In this document: positions 29,871 to 39,800 of the stretch, piece after piece
How the letters are laid out: each line of letters begins with the position of its first letter
Numbering within the stretch: the first letter of the stretch is position 1
Source of the DNA: an uncultured Desulfospira sp.
GTDB taxonomy: Bacteria > Desulfobacterota > Desulfobacteria > Desulfobacterales > Desulfobacteraceae
Assembly: GCA_963663165.1 (NCBI GenBank)
Contig: OY760175.1
Span: 6,400,001 to 6,464,000, forward strand
Length of the DNA: 64,000 bases
Reading direction: 5' to 3'
Translations under genes and position numbers: made by a program
The notes under the pieces: model-generated
What the model saw: the letters and a program-made list of their open reading frames with translations, nothing else
The model's database searches: none
What the model was told of the DNA's origin: nothing

Positions 29871-30788
29871 ATGAATCAGAATGAACACATCCGCCATGAA
29901 AGATCGTCAAAGGGAATTCAATCCGCCCTTGACACCTTAGCACAGCGAAAGCCGGCGCTATCCTCCCTTGTATCTGCCTTTGGTCCGGTGCTGACGGCAA
30001 AAGCCCAATTCAGGGAAAGCCTGCCGGAACTTGACCCGGTAACTGATCTTCCCGGCTTTGACCCGGTCCGGTTTTCCCAGGGCGCACCCTTGTTTGCCAC
30101 CATAGGCCTGATGGATTTCCAACAGGAGTTCAAATCGGCCGCCCAAATGATTTTGCCCCCCATGGCAAAGGCGTTCACCGGGATTCAGAGGGATATTGAA
30201 ATACTTGAAACCCGGATTGCGGACAACCTCCTTGAGCCCGCTGAATGCGTCCAGGCCTTTGTTGATGACGATGCCCCAAAAATAGAAGTCCTTGCGGCCC
30301 GGGCAGACATCAATCCTGCCGTCCTCAAATTTGCTCTGGCCCAGATGTCCGGGCCTTTTATGGAAGTCCAGGCTCAGGCCCTTTCCCCCCTGATAGAAGA
30401 TCATCAGTGGCTTTACGGGTATTGCCCGGTCTGCGGATCATACGCGGCGGTTGCAGGCCTTGCCGGCGAAGGGGGAAAGCGATGGCTTCAGTGCCCGGCC
30501 TGCGCCCATGAATGGCGTTTCAGCCGCCACACCTGCCCCCGGTGCAATAATAAAGACCACGACAGCCAGGAATACTTTTTTGATCAGAACAGCCCGGTCA
30601 AGGCGGCGGAACGGGTGAATGTCTGTAAAAAGTGTAAAACTTATCTGCTGACCATAGACCTGCGCCAGGCCATCGATCCGGTCAACATGGATGTGGCGGC
30701 CATGGGCATGGTGGGACTGGATATCCAGGCAAAGGAAAAGGGATACTCCCCGCTGGCGGCCACGGTCTGGAATTCATTGGGGCAGTAG
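29871..30788 (+). CDS. fdhE: Formate dehydrogenase accessory protein FdhE
   Basis: GYCPVCGS, RWLQCPACAHEW, CPRC, CKKCKTYL. Confidence 0.92.
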   Translation: MNQNEHIRHERSSKGIQSALDTLAQRKPALSSLVSAFGPVLTAKAQFRESLPELDPVTDLPGFDPVRFSQGAPLFATIGLMDFQQEFKSAAQMILPPMAKAFTGIQRDIEILETRIADNLLEPAECVQAFVDDDAPKIEVLAARADINPAVLKFALAQMSGPFMEVQAQALSPLIEDHQWLYGYCPVCGSYAAVAGLAGEGGKRWLQCPACAHEWRFSRHTCPRCNNKDHDSQEYFFDQNSPVKAAERVNVCKKCKTYLLTIDLRQAIDPVNMDVAAMGMVGLDIQAKEKGYSPLAATVWNSLGQ

Positions 30789-30807
30789 GCATGGGCAGCA
30801 GTTTTGA

Positions 30808-31074
30808 TCAGATTCTCTTTAAAGCCCTGTAAACCCGGTCATCATTGCGCTTATCAATCAGCGGTACCTTGAGGACATCATTCTCTACGCGGTAAATAAT
30901 TCTGTACTCGCCGACATCAGTGCGCCTGAAAGCATGCCCTTTCAGTGCTTGAGAATCGTTAGGCTCCGGGGCGCCCAACAAGGAGAGCAATTTTCTGACC
31001 ACCTGGCGAAATTGTTTGGGGGGCAATTGTTCGAGAAATGAAATGGCGGCTTTGGTCAGGTCAAGCTTAAGCAT
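30808..31074 (-). CDS. RelE/ParE family toxin
   Basis: PNDSQALKG, RTDVGEYRIIY, KRNDDRVY. Confidence 0.9.
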   Translation of the reverse strand: MLKLDLTKAAISFLEQLPPKQFRQVVRKLLSLLGAPEPNDSQALKGHAFRRTDVGEYRIIYRVENDVLKVPLIDKRNDDRVYRALKRI

Positions 31075-31315
31075 TGTTTTTTGTCAAAACCGCCATTGAA
31101 GCATCTGTGCCGACATAGCCGCTTTTTTCCGCCTCCATTGCTTTTTGTGCCCAGTATTCATCCTCGGTTTTGGTCAGCCTTTCAAATTCTTCAACTGAGA
31201 TCAGGACAAAGGCTTCCCTCCCTGTTTTTTTCACCACAACCGGATTTGTTTTTGCGGCATCAAAATAGCGGCCTAAGCGGTTTTTAAATTCGGTCGCTGT
31301 TACCGTCATTTCCAT
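31067..31315 (-). CDS. Phd/YefM family antitoxin
   Basis: VTATEFKNRLGRY...PVVVKKTGREAFVLIS. Confidence 0.9.
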   Translation of the reverse strand: MEMTVTATEFKNRLGRYFDAAKTNPVVVKKTGREAFVLISVEEFERLTKTEDEYWAQKAMEAEKSGYVGTDASMAVLTKNNA

Positions 31316-31358
31316 TTTTGTTCTCCTGGTTTTTGATCCGTTTTACGTGACCAGAATA

Positions 31359-31378
31359 ACCATTTTAGCTAAAATGGT
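31359..31378. promoter_or_regulatory. Perfect 20-bp palindrome, likely TA operator
   Basis: ACCATTTTAGCTAAAATGGT upstream of the antitoxin gene. Confidence 0.7.
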
Positions 31379-31455
31379 CAATGGTATCATTGGGGGGGAA
31401 CCTTTTACAGAAATAATAAATACCCTCCCCAAAAAGTTGTCAGGCACCGGCGGCT

Positions 31456-32538
31456 TTATACACGGCCTGCCGGAATGCCGGAGCTCCTTATATAGCGGCG
31501 TTGCCCTTTTGAAGATTCCAGGTCCGTTTCAGTTATGCCAAGGTCATCAAGTATGGCCTGGTCCTGGACCCCGGAAAGGGACTTTCGGATCCCCTCGCAA
31601 ACGTTTTTCAGATAAGGTTCCGATCCGGTGCGGTCACAGGGGCCGGGGTCAACAGCATGGTCCAAAAGGGTAATCCCAAGTCCTGTTTTTTTCTGTAACA
31701 GGACCCGCAGTTCATAAAGCACCTGCATGTTTACATCGCCCATGGGGACCATTACAATCTCAATATCCGTCTTTACAGGGGCGGGTTCCTCTAAGGGCGG
31801 TATCTGAAAATCATGATCCTTTAAAAACTGTCCGGCCTGATCCATCTGCGCTTCATCTTCGGTTAAATTATAGGTCAGCAAGGCTTTTTCACGGGCTTTG
31901 GCCATATCCTTGTTTTTTGCTAAAAGTGTGGCCAGTTTAAACTGGCTGGCCAGGTCCATGGCATTCGCTTCAAGGATTTTTTCAAGCAGCAACATAAGAT
32001 CAGTATCGGAACCAGCTGCTTCATAGATGCCGGCCAGGGTTTGCAGTTTTTTAATATTCTTCCGTATGTTGATCGTATCCCCGGTTGCCAGTAAATCAGC
32101 CACCTCTTTTTTAAGGGTGGCGGCATCAGTGGTTTTCAGGTCATCTTCCATTGGTTCGCCAGACAGGGCCGGCGTGTCAAAAACAGGTGAATTGACACGG
32201 AAACCGGTGATATACCAGGTTTCATCATCCAGGACGCAGGAAATCTGGACCACGGCCGCCCCGTTCTCATACTCGGCAGTGGCCTGGTCGGTGCCGGTAA
32301 TTGTTTCGCTGTTGCCCGAGGTTCTGGTTACTGCGGCCTGTCCTTTAATGTCATTGATCTGCTTTAAAGCCCCAAGCTTTTTATAGAGAAAAAAAATCTG
32401 GTCCACGGTTGTAAGGTTGAAATTGTTTTTGACCCCGGGATAGACCGACGCCATAAGGAGTCCTGCCTCCCAATTGGCTGTAATACGGGTGACGGCGCTT
32501 TCAACATAGGTTTTGGCATCACTGTCAAGTTGATCCAA
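31456..32538 (-). pseudogene. Hypothetical multidomain protein, probably truncated at both ends
   Basis: 360-aa ORF begins at TTG inside a repeated 44-bp element with no RBS; TPR-like middle; IEIVMVPMGDV resembles an archaemetzincin N-terminus but no HEXXH follows. Confidence 0.45.
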
Positions 32539-32580
32539 ATGAAAGTCTTTTCAGCTTGTTAGTGAGACTTTCTTATAAAA
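32537..32580. repeat. 44-bp palindromic dispersed repeat, copy 1
   Basis: AAATGAAAGTCTTTTCAGCTTGTTAGTGAGACTTTCTTATAAAA; 40/44 identical to 58921-58964. Confidence 0.85.
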
Positions 32581-32643
32581 ATATTTGCAACACAAAAGGG
32601 GATGATGATAGCCCGGAAGAAATTTTATAATATCATGTCTCCA

Positions 32644-35600
32644 TCAGGCCAGCCGGTTGTAAATTTCCCGGGTCCGCTGGTCCGGCTCTGTGTCCAGTTC
32701 TGCTTCAAGGGCTTTACAGCAACTGGCGTATACCTGGAGGGCTTCGGTTTTCATTCCGGCATCCTGGTAAAGGACCATCAGGTTCTGGCAGGCGGCTTCG
32801 TGGCAGGCGTCGATTTCAAGGATTCGCCGCCAGGCCGCCACGGTCTCGGGCCAGAGGTCCCGGGCAAGGTAAAGCCATGCCGACCGTTCCAGGATATCGA
32901 TGCAGGCCCGCTGGTACATTTCCCGGTCCCTGGCCGTTTCTTCCAGGTAAGGGTCATCCTTGAAATACTCGCCTTTATAAAGCTGAATCGCCTTTTCATA
33001 GCAGGCCAGGGCACCGTCCTCGTCCCCGCCGGCTTCAAGGGTCCGGCCCTGGCGGGCCAGGCGGGAGAACCGGGCCGTGTCCACCGTGACCAGGTCCGGG
33101 GAAAGGGTGATTCGGCCGGCTTTCTGGCTTAAATAAACATGGCCGAAGGGCTTGAGTGAAAAGGGTTCCAGCGCCTTTCTAAGCCGGTGAAGGTTAATTT
33201 TTAAGTTTTTCTCCCCGGCACTCTCCCCTGTGCCGGGCCAGAGGGCATCCATCAGCACCTCTTTGGGGACATCCTTTCCCCCTTTGAGCAAAAGGACCTT
33301 GAGCAGCATCAGGGGCTTGGGGCCGCCAAACCCTGAAACCGGCAGGGGGGTGCCGCCCTGAAGGATGGAAAAGGGGCCCAGGGTGGATATAAAAAGGCCC
33401 GGGCAGGCCGCCCGGAACAGGGGGGCAAAGTCTTCGGCCGGTTTGCCGGTCTTTTTGCCATGGGATCTGGACAGCATATCCCGCACTTGGGTTAACGTTT
33501 GGGGCATCTTAAGCCCCTTGATAAACGGCATCAGCCGGTTTTCCGGATCATCAAGGATGTCCCAGGCCTTAACCAGCACGTTGGCCATAAGCCGTGCATC
33601 AAGAAGCGGGAAATGGCTGTACCGGTTTTCCACGGCCCGTTCAACCCCCTGCTCAAAATATCGGGCTGCAGTTTGTTTTAATTCGGGGTTGCCGCTGTCA
33701 TATAACGCAGCCCCCAAAACAAAGGTGGTCTCGCAAAAGCTTAAGTTGGAATGAATCTGTTTAAAGTAATCCCCGGCCGGTTCAAGTTCCCGGCAGGCCT
33801 CCGGGATATTCCCTATACCGTACAAGGCCATGCCGTAAATCTGCCGGGCCTGGAAAATATGGATGTCACCGCGCCTTGCCCGGACCAGCTCTTGGACAGC
33901 TTTTTGGGCCTGGGTACAGGCGGCCTGGGGATCACCGTTGAGCAAAAAGGCCATCGCCTTTATCCGGGAAGAAATCCCCCGGTAAAAATCGTTGCCCGCC
34001 AGGATGGAAAAATCAGACAGGTGATCGGCCGCCTGAACCGCCTGGTCAAGACGGCCGGAACAGGCATGATGCAGGGCCCGGGCCTCCGTGTACTCCGGGT
34101 AAAGGAAAATCAGTCCGAATTTTTCAATATCCGCCTCGGACCGGTCAAGAAGTTCCCCGGCCAGGGGGGTATCCCCCCGCTTGAGCGCCAGGTCAATATT
34201 GGTGATATTTTCAAGGGCCCGGTATTCGGGCTGGCTGCCCTCCTGTGAAATCGCCCGGGTTTTTTCAAGCATCTGCCGGGCCGCGGCAAAATCTCCGGAC
34301 TGGACCAGCCCCAGGGTTAAAATCACCGAAGCATTGAGGACCAGTTCGGGATTTTTGATGCCCCGGGCCAGGAGAATGGCGTTGCGGCAGGCAGAGATCC
34401 CTTTGGGAATATCGCCGGTGCCGGCAATGTATCCCAGGCCGATCTGCTGCCACAGCAGAATCCGGGCCCAGGCAAAGCGGTGGTCGTCCCCAAGGCTGTC
34501 CAGGGCGGTTTCCCCGGCCTGAATGTAAGGTAAAAGGTCGGTTGAAGGCTGCCGGATAAACACGGAGGCCTCAATGAGATAGGCCAGGCTGAGCAGGATT
34601 CCCCGGGTGTCATCCGCTTGTTTGAACAGGTCCAGGGCCCGTCCAAAGGCCTGGATATTTTTTTTGCCGCCCCGGATACGGGCCCCCATGGTCTTGAACA
34701 GAATCAGCCAGGGATCATCCCGGGTAAGGGATTCAGGCAGGGCGCCAATCCATTGAGACAGGCGATCGGTCCTGCCGGTAATGACATAATCGGTTCCTTT
34801 GACCTTGAGGATTTTGGCCACCCGGTCATGGCATCCGGCGGCCGTGAGAAAGGAAATGGCCTGTTCATGGTCCTTTTTCTCCCAGAACGCCTGGCCGATC
34901 CGCTGGTTGAGGCCGTTGATGTCTGCTTTGTCCCGGGATTGGTGAAGGTCGGTTAATAAAAATTCCCGGAACAGGTTGTTGTACCTGAATACCGGCCACT
35001 GGCTGCGGGGCGTAATCTTCTGAATAAACAGGTTGCGCTGCTCCAGCCGGTTGAGCAGTTCCAAAGGATCTGTCCCGGGAAAAATCAGGGAAAGCATCCG
35101 GGTGTCCAGTTCTTCAAACAGGGCGGTCTGCCTTAGAAATTCTCTGATCTCAGGGGCAAGGTTCCGGTAGATCTCCTGGCTGAAATATGAAAAGGCTTTG
35201 GCCGAAATCTGCTGGGGAAATCCCTTAAAATCCCGGGTTTGCCGGACCGCCTCAGCTACCAGAATCAGGCCGCCGGCCCAGCCGCCGGTGGCGTCCAGGA
35301 TTTTTTGGGCATCTTTGGGGTCAAGGGGGAGGGCCTTTTGCAGGGCGGTTTTCGTAAAAAAGGCCAGAATTTCTTCCAGGGTAAAGGCCAGGTCCCGGTT
35401 GCCCAGTGCCAGAAGCTCCTGGTTCATTTCAAACCGGCTCAGATTCAGGGCGGGCCGGGTCCTGGACAGCAGAAAGAACCGGACATGTCTTGGGCTTTCC
35501 GCCAACAGGGCCTGGACAAGTTCCAGGGACGGCGAATCCAAAGCCAGGGCCTCCATATCGTCCAGAACCAGGTTCAGGGGACCTTCAATACGGTTCATGG

Positions 35601-35952
35601 CCCGGGTAAGGATCTCGGACTGCCGGGGCAGGTCCTGCCGGGTTCCCAAAGACACATGGGGAAAAGAAGGCCCTTGGGGCGAGGGATTAAAAAGGGTTTG
35701 AAGCCCCCGGAAAATCAGATCAAAAAGGGGCCCGCTGTCCTTAAATGACGGGTTCAGGTGAAACCATAGACAGGGGGCCTTTTCCCGGTTTAAATAATCG
35801 GCCGCCAGGGTGGACTTTCCCTGGGCCGCCTGGCCGGTGAGAAGGATAATGCGGCAGTGGCGGCAGGATGACAGCATCCGGTAAAGCCTCGGCCTTGGCA
35901 GGACGTCCGGCAACACCGGGATATGGAAGATATGGAATTGGGCGGATGTCAC
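32644..35952 (-). CDS. MalT-like ATPase/TPR regulator with C-terminal SARP (winged HTH plus BTAD) module
   Basis: LPRPRL, GQAAQGKST, LVLDD, TGGWAGGL; C-terminal STLGPFSI, LMDALWP, LHRLRKAL, HEAACQNLM, ELDTEPD. Confidence 0.88.
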   Translation of the reverse strand: MTSAQFHIFHIPVLPDVLPRPRLYRMLSSCRHCRIILLTGQAAQGKSTLAADYLNREKAPCLWFHLNPSFKDSGPLFDLIFRGLQTLFNPSPQGPSFPHVSLGTRQDLPRQSEILTRAMNRIEGPLNLVLDDMEALALDSPSLELVQALLAESPRHVRFFLLSRTRPALNLSRFEMNQELLALGNRDLAFTLEEILAFFTKTALQKALPLDPKDAQKILDATGGWAGGLILVAEAVRQTRDFKGFPQQISAKAFSYFSQEIYRNLAPEIREFLRQTALFEELDTRMLSLIFPGTDPLELLNRLEQRNLFIQKITPRSQWPVFRYNNLFREFLLTDLHQSRDKADINGLNQRIGQAFWEKKDHEQAISFLTAAGCHDRVAKILKVKGTDYVITGRTDRLSQWIGALPESLTRDDPWLILFKTMGARIRGGKKNIQAFGRALDLFKQADDTRGILLSLAYLIEASVFIRQPSTDLLPYIQAGETALDSLGDDHRFAWARILLWQQIGLGYIAGTGDIPKGISACRNAILLARGIKNPELVLNASVILTLGLVQSGDFAAARQMLEKTRAISQEGSQPEYRALENITNIDLALKRGDTPLAGELLDRSEADIEKFGLIFLYPEYTEARALHHACSGRLDQAVQAADHLSDFSILAGNDFYRGISSRIKAMAFLLNGDPQAACTQAQKAVQELVRARRGDIHIFQARQIYGMALYGIGNIPEACRELEPAGDYFKQIHSNLSFCETTFVLGAALYDSGNPELKQTAARYFEQGVERAVENRYSHFPLLDARLMANVLVKAWDILDDPENRLMPFIKGLKMPQTLTQVRDMLSRSHGKKTGKPAEDFAPLFRAACPGLFISTLGPFSILQGGTPLPVSGFGGPKPLMLLKVLLLKGGKDVPKEVLMDALWPGTGESAGEKNLKINLHRLRKALEPFSLKPFGHVYLSQKAGRITLSPDLVTVDTARFSRLARQGRTLEAGGDEDGALACYEKAIQLYKGEYFKDDPYLEETARDREMYQRACIDILERSAWLYLARDLWPETVAAWRRILEIDACHEAACQNLMVLYQDAGMKTEALQVYASCCKALEAELDTEPDQRTREIYNRLA

Positions 35953-36650
35953 AGACCCGGTTCCCCTGTCTTTGCCGCCTCCAGTACGGCCATCTTCTGG
36001 ATGCCGGCCATCTCCATCAGCCGCAGGATATTATAGGACAGCCCGGTGATGCGAAGGGCGTGGCCTTTTGAGGACAAGGTTTTAAGGGTGTCCATGAACA
36101 CCGATATGCCGGCCCGGTCCATGGCAATGTCCCGGCTGACCCGGAACTCAACCGGGGCGCCCTGGCCCAGGCCCTCCCGGATCATTGAAAGGGGGGCAGC
36201 GCTCTCTTGGGTCAGCTTGCCCCGGAGATGAAAACAGGCCGCTTTGGGGGGATCTTCACAGGGCAACAGGGAAAACTTAAGGTCCGGCTGGTCCAGACGG
36301 TGTTCCGCCCGGGCCAGTGCGGCATTCAGGGCCTGGCGCTCCACGGGCTTGTTGATAAAGTCCGAAGCCCCCTGGTCCAGGGCTTCAACGGCCCGTTCCA
36401 GATCCCCGTGGCCGGTGATGATGATCACCTGGCACCGGGGATCATGGGCCCGGATCTGTTTTAACACCTCAATGCCGTCAATTCCCGGCATCCGGATGTC
36501 CGTAAATACCATATCCGGTTTTATTTCTTTAAACACCTCAAGGCCCGTTTCACCGCTGTCTGCCGTGGCCGCCTCATACCCGTAAGCGGTCAGGAAAAGC
36601 TTAAACATGGACAGGGTTGGTTTTTCATCATCTATGACCAGGATTTTCAT
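35949..36650 (-). CDS. Response regulator (receiver plus STAS-like domain)
   Basis: MKILVIDDE, FTDIRMPGIDG, ITGHGD, FINKP; AAGGA RBS; C-terminal MDRAGISVF...LRITGL. Confidence 0.9.
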   Translation of the reverse strand: MKILVIDDEKPTLSMFKLFLTAYGYEAATADSGETGLEVFKEIKPDMVFTDIRMPGIDGIEVLKQIRAHDPRCQVIIITGHGDLERAVEALDQGASDFINKPVERQALNAALARAEHRLDQPDLKFSLLPCEDPPKAACFHLRGKLTQESAAPLSMIREGLGQGAPVEFRVSRDIAMDRAGISVFMDTLKTLSSKGHALRITGLSYNILRLMEMAGIQKMAVLEAAKTGEPGL

Positions 36651-36676
36651 GCTGCTGTTCCTTATTCTTCTAAAGA

Positions 36677-36756
36677 GAATGGGCTGGAAAAATAATTTTA
36701 AATTCCGTGCCTGTTCCCGGGTTGCTTTTGACGCTGATGGAGCCGTTATAATCCTT
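36677..36756. repeat. 80-bp direct repeat copy A (displaced 3' end of the histidine kinase gene)
   Basis: 78/80 identical to 53480-53559; encodes KDYNGSISVKSNPGTGTEFKIIFPAH. Confidence 0.95.
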
Positions 36757-36899
36757 TGGTCCAGACAGCAACATATAATTTTGATGTTTACCAGCCCCGT
36801 AATCCCAAGGCAAGTGCATACTACAAATGTGTTGAAAATCATTTTGAAGATCTGGAACGTGCCTGGGATGACATAAATGCATCCCGATTAGGTTTTTCG
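36757..36899 (+). pseudogene. 5' stub of an IS91-family (zinc-binding N-terminus) transposase
   Basis: VQTATYNFDVYQPRNPKASAYYKCVENHFEDLERAWDDINASRLGF, recognised from memory of deltaproteobacterial IS91-like transposases; cut off by the CRISPR repeat. Confidence 0.65.
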
Positions 36900-39800
36900 G
36901 AAACACCCCCACGGGTGTGGGGAAGACGGGCAACAAGCAAGCGAAGGGCTCTCTTAAGTAGAAACACCCCCACGGGTGTGGGGAAGACGTTATTGACCTT
37001 GAATAAAAAAAGCGTGGATGGGAAACACCCCCACGGGTGTGGGGAAGACTGGGCGTTTTAGACCTAAAAGCGACCCGAAAATAGAAACACCCCCACGGGT
37101 GTGGGGAAGACCTTTATGCTCCTTGTAAAATTTTATGCGGCTGAGAAACACCCCCACGGGTGTGGGGAAGACTTCCGGGCCATTATCCTCCTGCCCCGGA
37201 TGCGAGAAACACCCCCACGGGTGTGGGGAAGACCGGAAAGTTTATGGTGAGTTAATGATATGGCCAGAAACACCCCCACGGGTGTGGGGAAGACATATCA
37301 CGTACGCACCGGTAACGTAATTACCTAGAAACACCCCCACGGGTGTGGGGAAGACGCCTGTGCAAGCGCTAAACGGTAATCGTCGATAGAAACACCCCCA
37401 CGGGTGTGGGGAAGACCTGAAAGCGTCGGGGTCAACACCGTATACATAGGAAACACCCCCACGGGTGTGGGGAAGACGACCTCGGCAAGTCACTAAACTG
37501 CCGGAAGGGAGAAACACCCCCACGGGTGTGGGGAAGACCAACACAAGATTTACAGACGGGGGACTTTATCGGAAACACCCCCACGGGTGTGGGGAAGACG
37601 ATGATCTTTATTTTAAATTTTTCTGCGCCACAGAAACACCCCCACGGGTGTGGGGAAGACTTTAATGAAACCCATGAACTCCGGACACAGGAGGAAACAC
37701 CCCCACGGGTGTGGGGAAGACTGTTTTTTTGGTTCCGCCAGCCTGGCTTTCCCAGAAACACCCCCACGGGTGTGGGGAAGACTTAGTTTGGTGGTTGTTT
37801 GGTAAGGTGCTGTCGGAAACACCCCCACGGGTGTGGGGAAGACTCTAATCAACCCACTTTCTCCCATCGCAGTAAGGAAACACCCCCACGGGTGTGGGGA
37901 AGACAACTTTCCTTTTCCTGCCGCCTTTAATCTGAGGGAAACACCCCCACGGGTGTGGGGAAGACACCAGTCCTTGACTATTTTGTCCAGGCTGGCTAGA
38001 AACACCCCCACGGGTGTGGGGAAGACTCGAAAAGGGTTTTAAAATACGCCGCTGTCATAGAAACACCCCCACGGGTGTGGGGAAGACGGTATTTGTGTCT
38101 CGGTTTGTTCGGTCGTTAAAGAAACACCCCCACGGGTGTGGGGAAGACCGCCTATAAACGTCGCCACGGTGCCGAACATGGGAAACACCCCCACGGGTGT
38201 GGGGAAGACCCGGGTCTAAAGCCACCAAATCAGGAATCTGGAGAAACACCCCCACGGGTGTGGGGAAGACCCTTAATCATAAATTCCATTTCCGCTGCCG
38301 TAAGAAACACCCCCACGGGTGTGGGGAAGACCCTTTATGGCCAGGATCAACTCAAAGGACATTAGAAACACCCCCACGGGTGTGGGGAAGACCGCTTTGG
38401 CGTATTGCCGGTATCGCTCTTTTGAGAAACACCCCCACGGGTGTGGGGAAGACTTATTAGAAGATGAGCGCAAAGCCAAAGAAAGGGAAACACCCCCACG
38501 GGTGTGGGGAAGACCATGGTCTTTAATGCCATATCATCCTTCCTAAAGAAACACCCCCACGGGTGTGGGGAAGACCCCCACCCATTTAATTTTGTCAATT
38601 TTCTTCCAGAAACACCCCCACGGGTGTGGGGAAGACGCTTACCCGGTTTTCTATTTTTTCAAGGAGCTGGAAACACCCCCACGGGTGTGGGGAAGACTTG
38701 GGTTTCAGGCGATCAACCGGAATGACATCAGAAACACCCCCACGGGTGTGGGGAAGACTTTTTAAGAAAGGCATGATTGTTGCTTAATCAAGAAACACCC
38801 CCACGGGTGTGGGGAAGACTTGTATAGATCAAGCTGTGGTACATGTCGATCGGAAACACCCCCACGGGTGTGGGGAAGACTCAGGCGAGGAACTTCCTAC
38901 CGGCGTTACTGCAGAAACACCCCCACGGGTGTGGGGAAGACTTTATTTACGACATTGAAGTTTACCCCAACGTGGAAACACCCCCACGGGTGTGGGGAAG
39001 ACCCATCTGCGGTGGGTGGTCGGACCATCTGTCGGGAAACACCCCCACGGGTGTGGGGAAGACCCATTAGATTCGTCAGGCTCGTTTTCAGCCTTAGAAA
39101 CACCCCCACGGGTGTGGGGAAGACCTTTACCCTTTGGGAGACTGCGAGCGTACAACGGAAACACCCCCACGGGTGTGGGGAAGACAACGCGTGGGACGCT
39201 TTTATCGAGTCTCAGGCGGAAACACCCCCACGGGTGTGGGGAAGACCAGCAGAATGTCGAAGGCGCCGCATCAAATCAAGAAACACCCCCACGGGTGTGG
39301 GGAAGACTTTTAAAGCCGGGCGCTACCCGGCGGTTATGCGGAAACACCCCCACGGGTGTGGGGAAGACGACCATATCAGACGGACATATCGGACCGTATT
39401 AGAAACACCCCCACGGGTGTGGGGAAGACTTCGATACTCTCAAGAAAAGCACCCGGTAAAAAGAAACACCCCCACGGGTGTGGGGAAGACGAAGAGGCGA
39501 AGGAAGGCACACTCGCCCATGAAGAAACACCCCCACGGGTGTGGGGAAGACCAACCCACCCGGCGGAGGCTTCATCATCATCGAGAAACACCCCCACGGG
39601 TGTGGGGAAGACTTTAATTCCTCTTGAGTGTCTTCTATAGCATCAGAAACACCCCCACGGGTGTGGGGAAGACCAATGGAGCTTGAGGGGATACTGAATA
39701 CAGAGGGAAACACCCCCACGGGTGTGGGGAAGACTTTATGCCGACATTATAAAAAGCTTACCTGCCGGAAACACCCCCACGGGTGTGGGGAAGACGAGAT

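Noticed and set aside
36651..36842. N-terminal extension of the response regulator ORF
   Set aside because: Runs through the duplicated kinase tail and the transposase stub; the RBS supports the 36650 start
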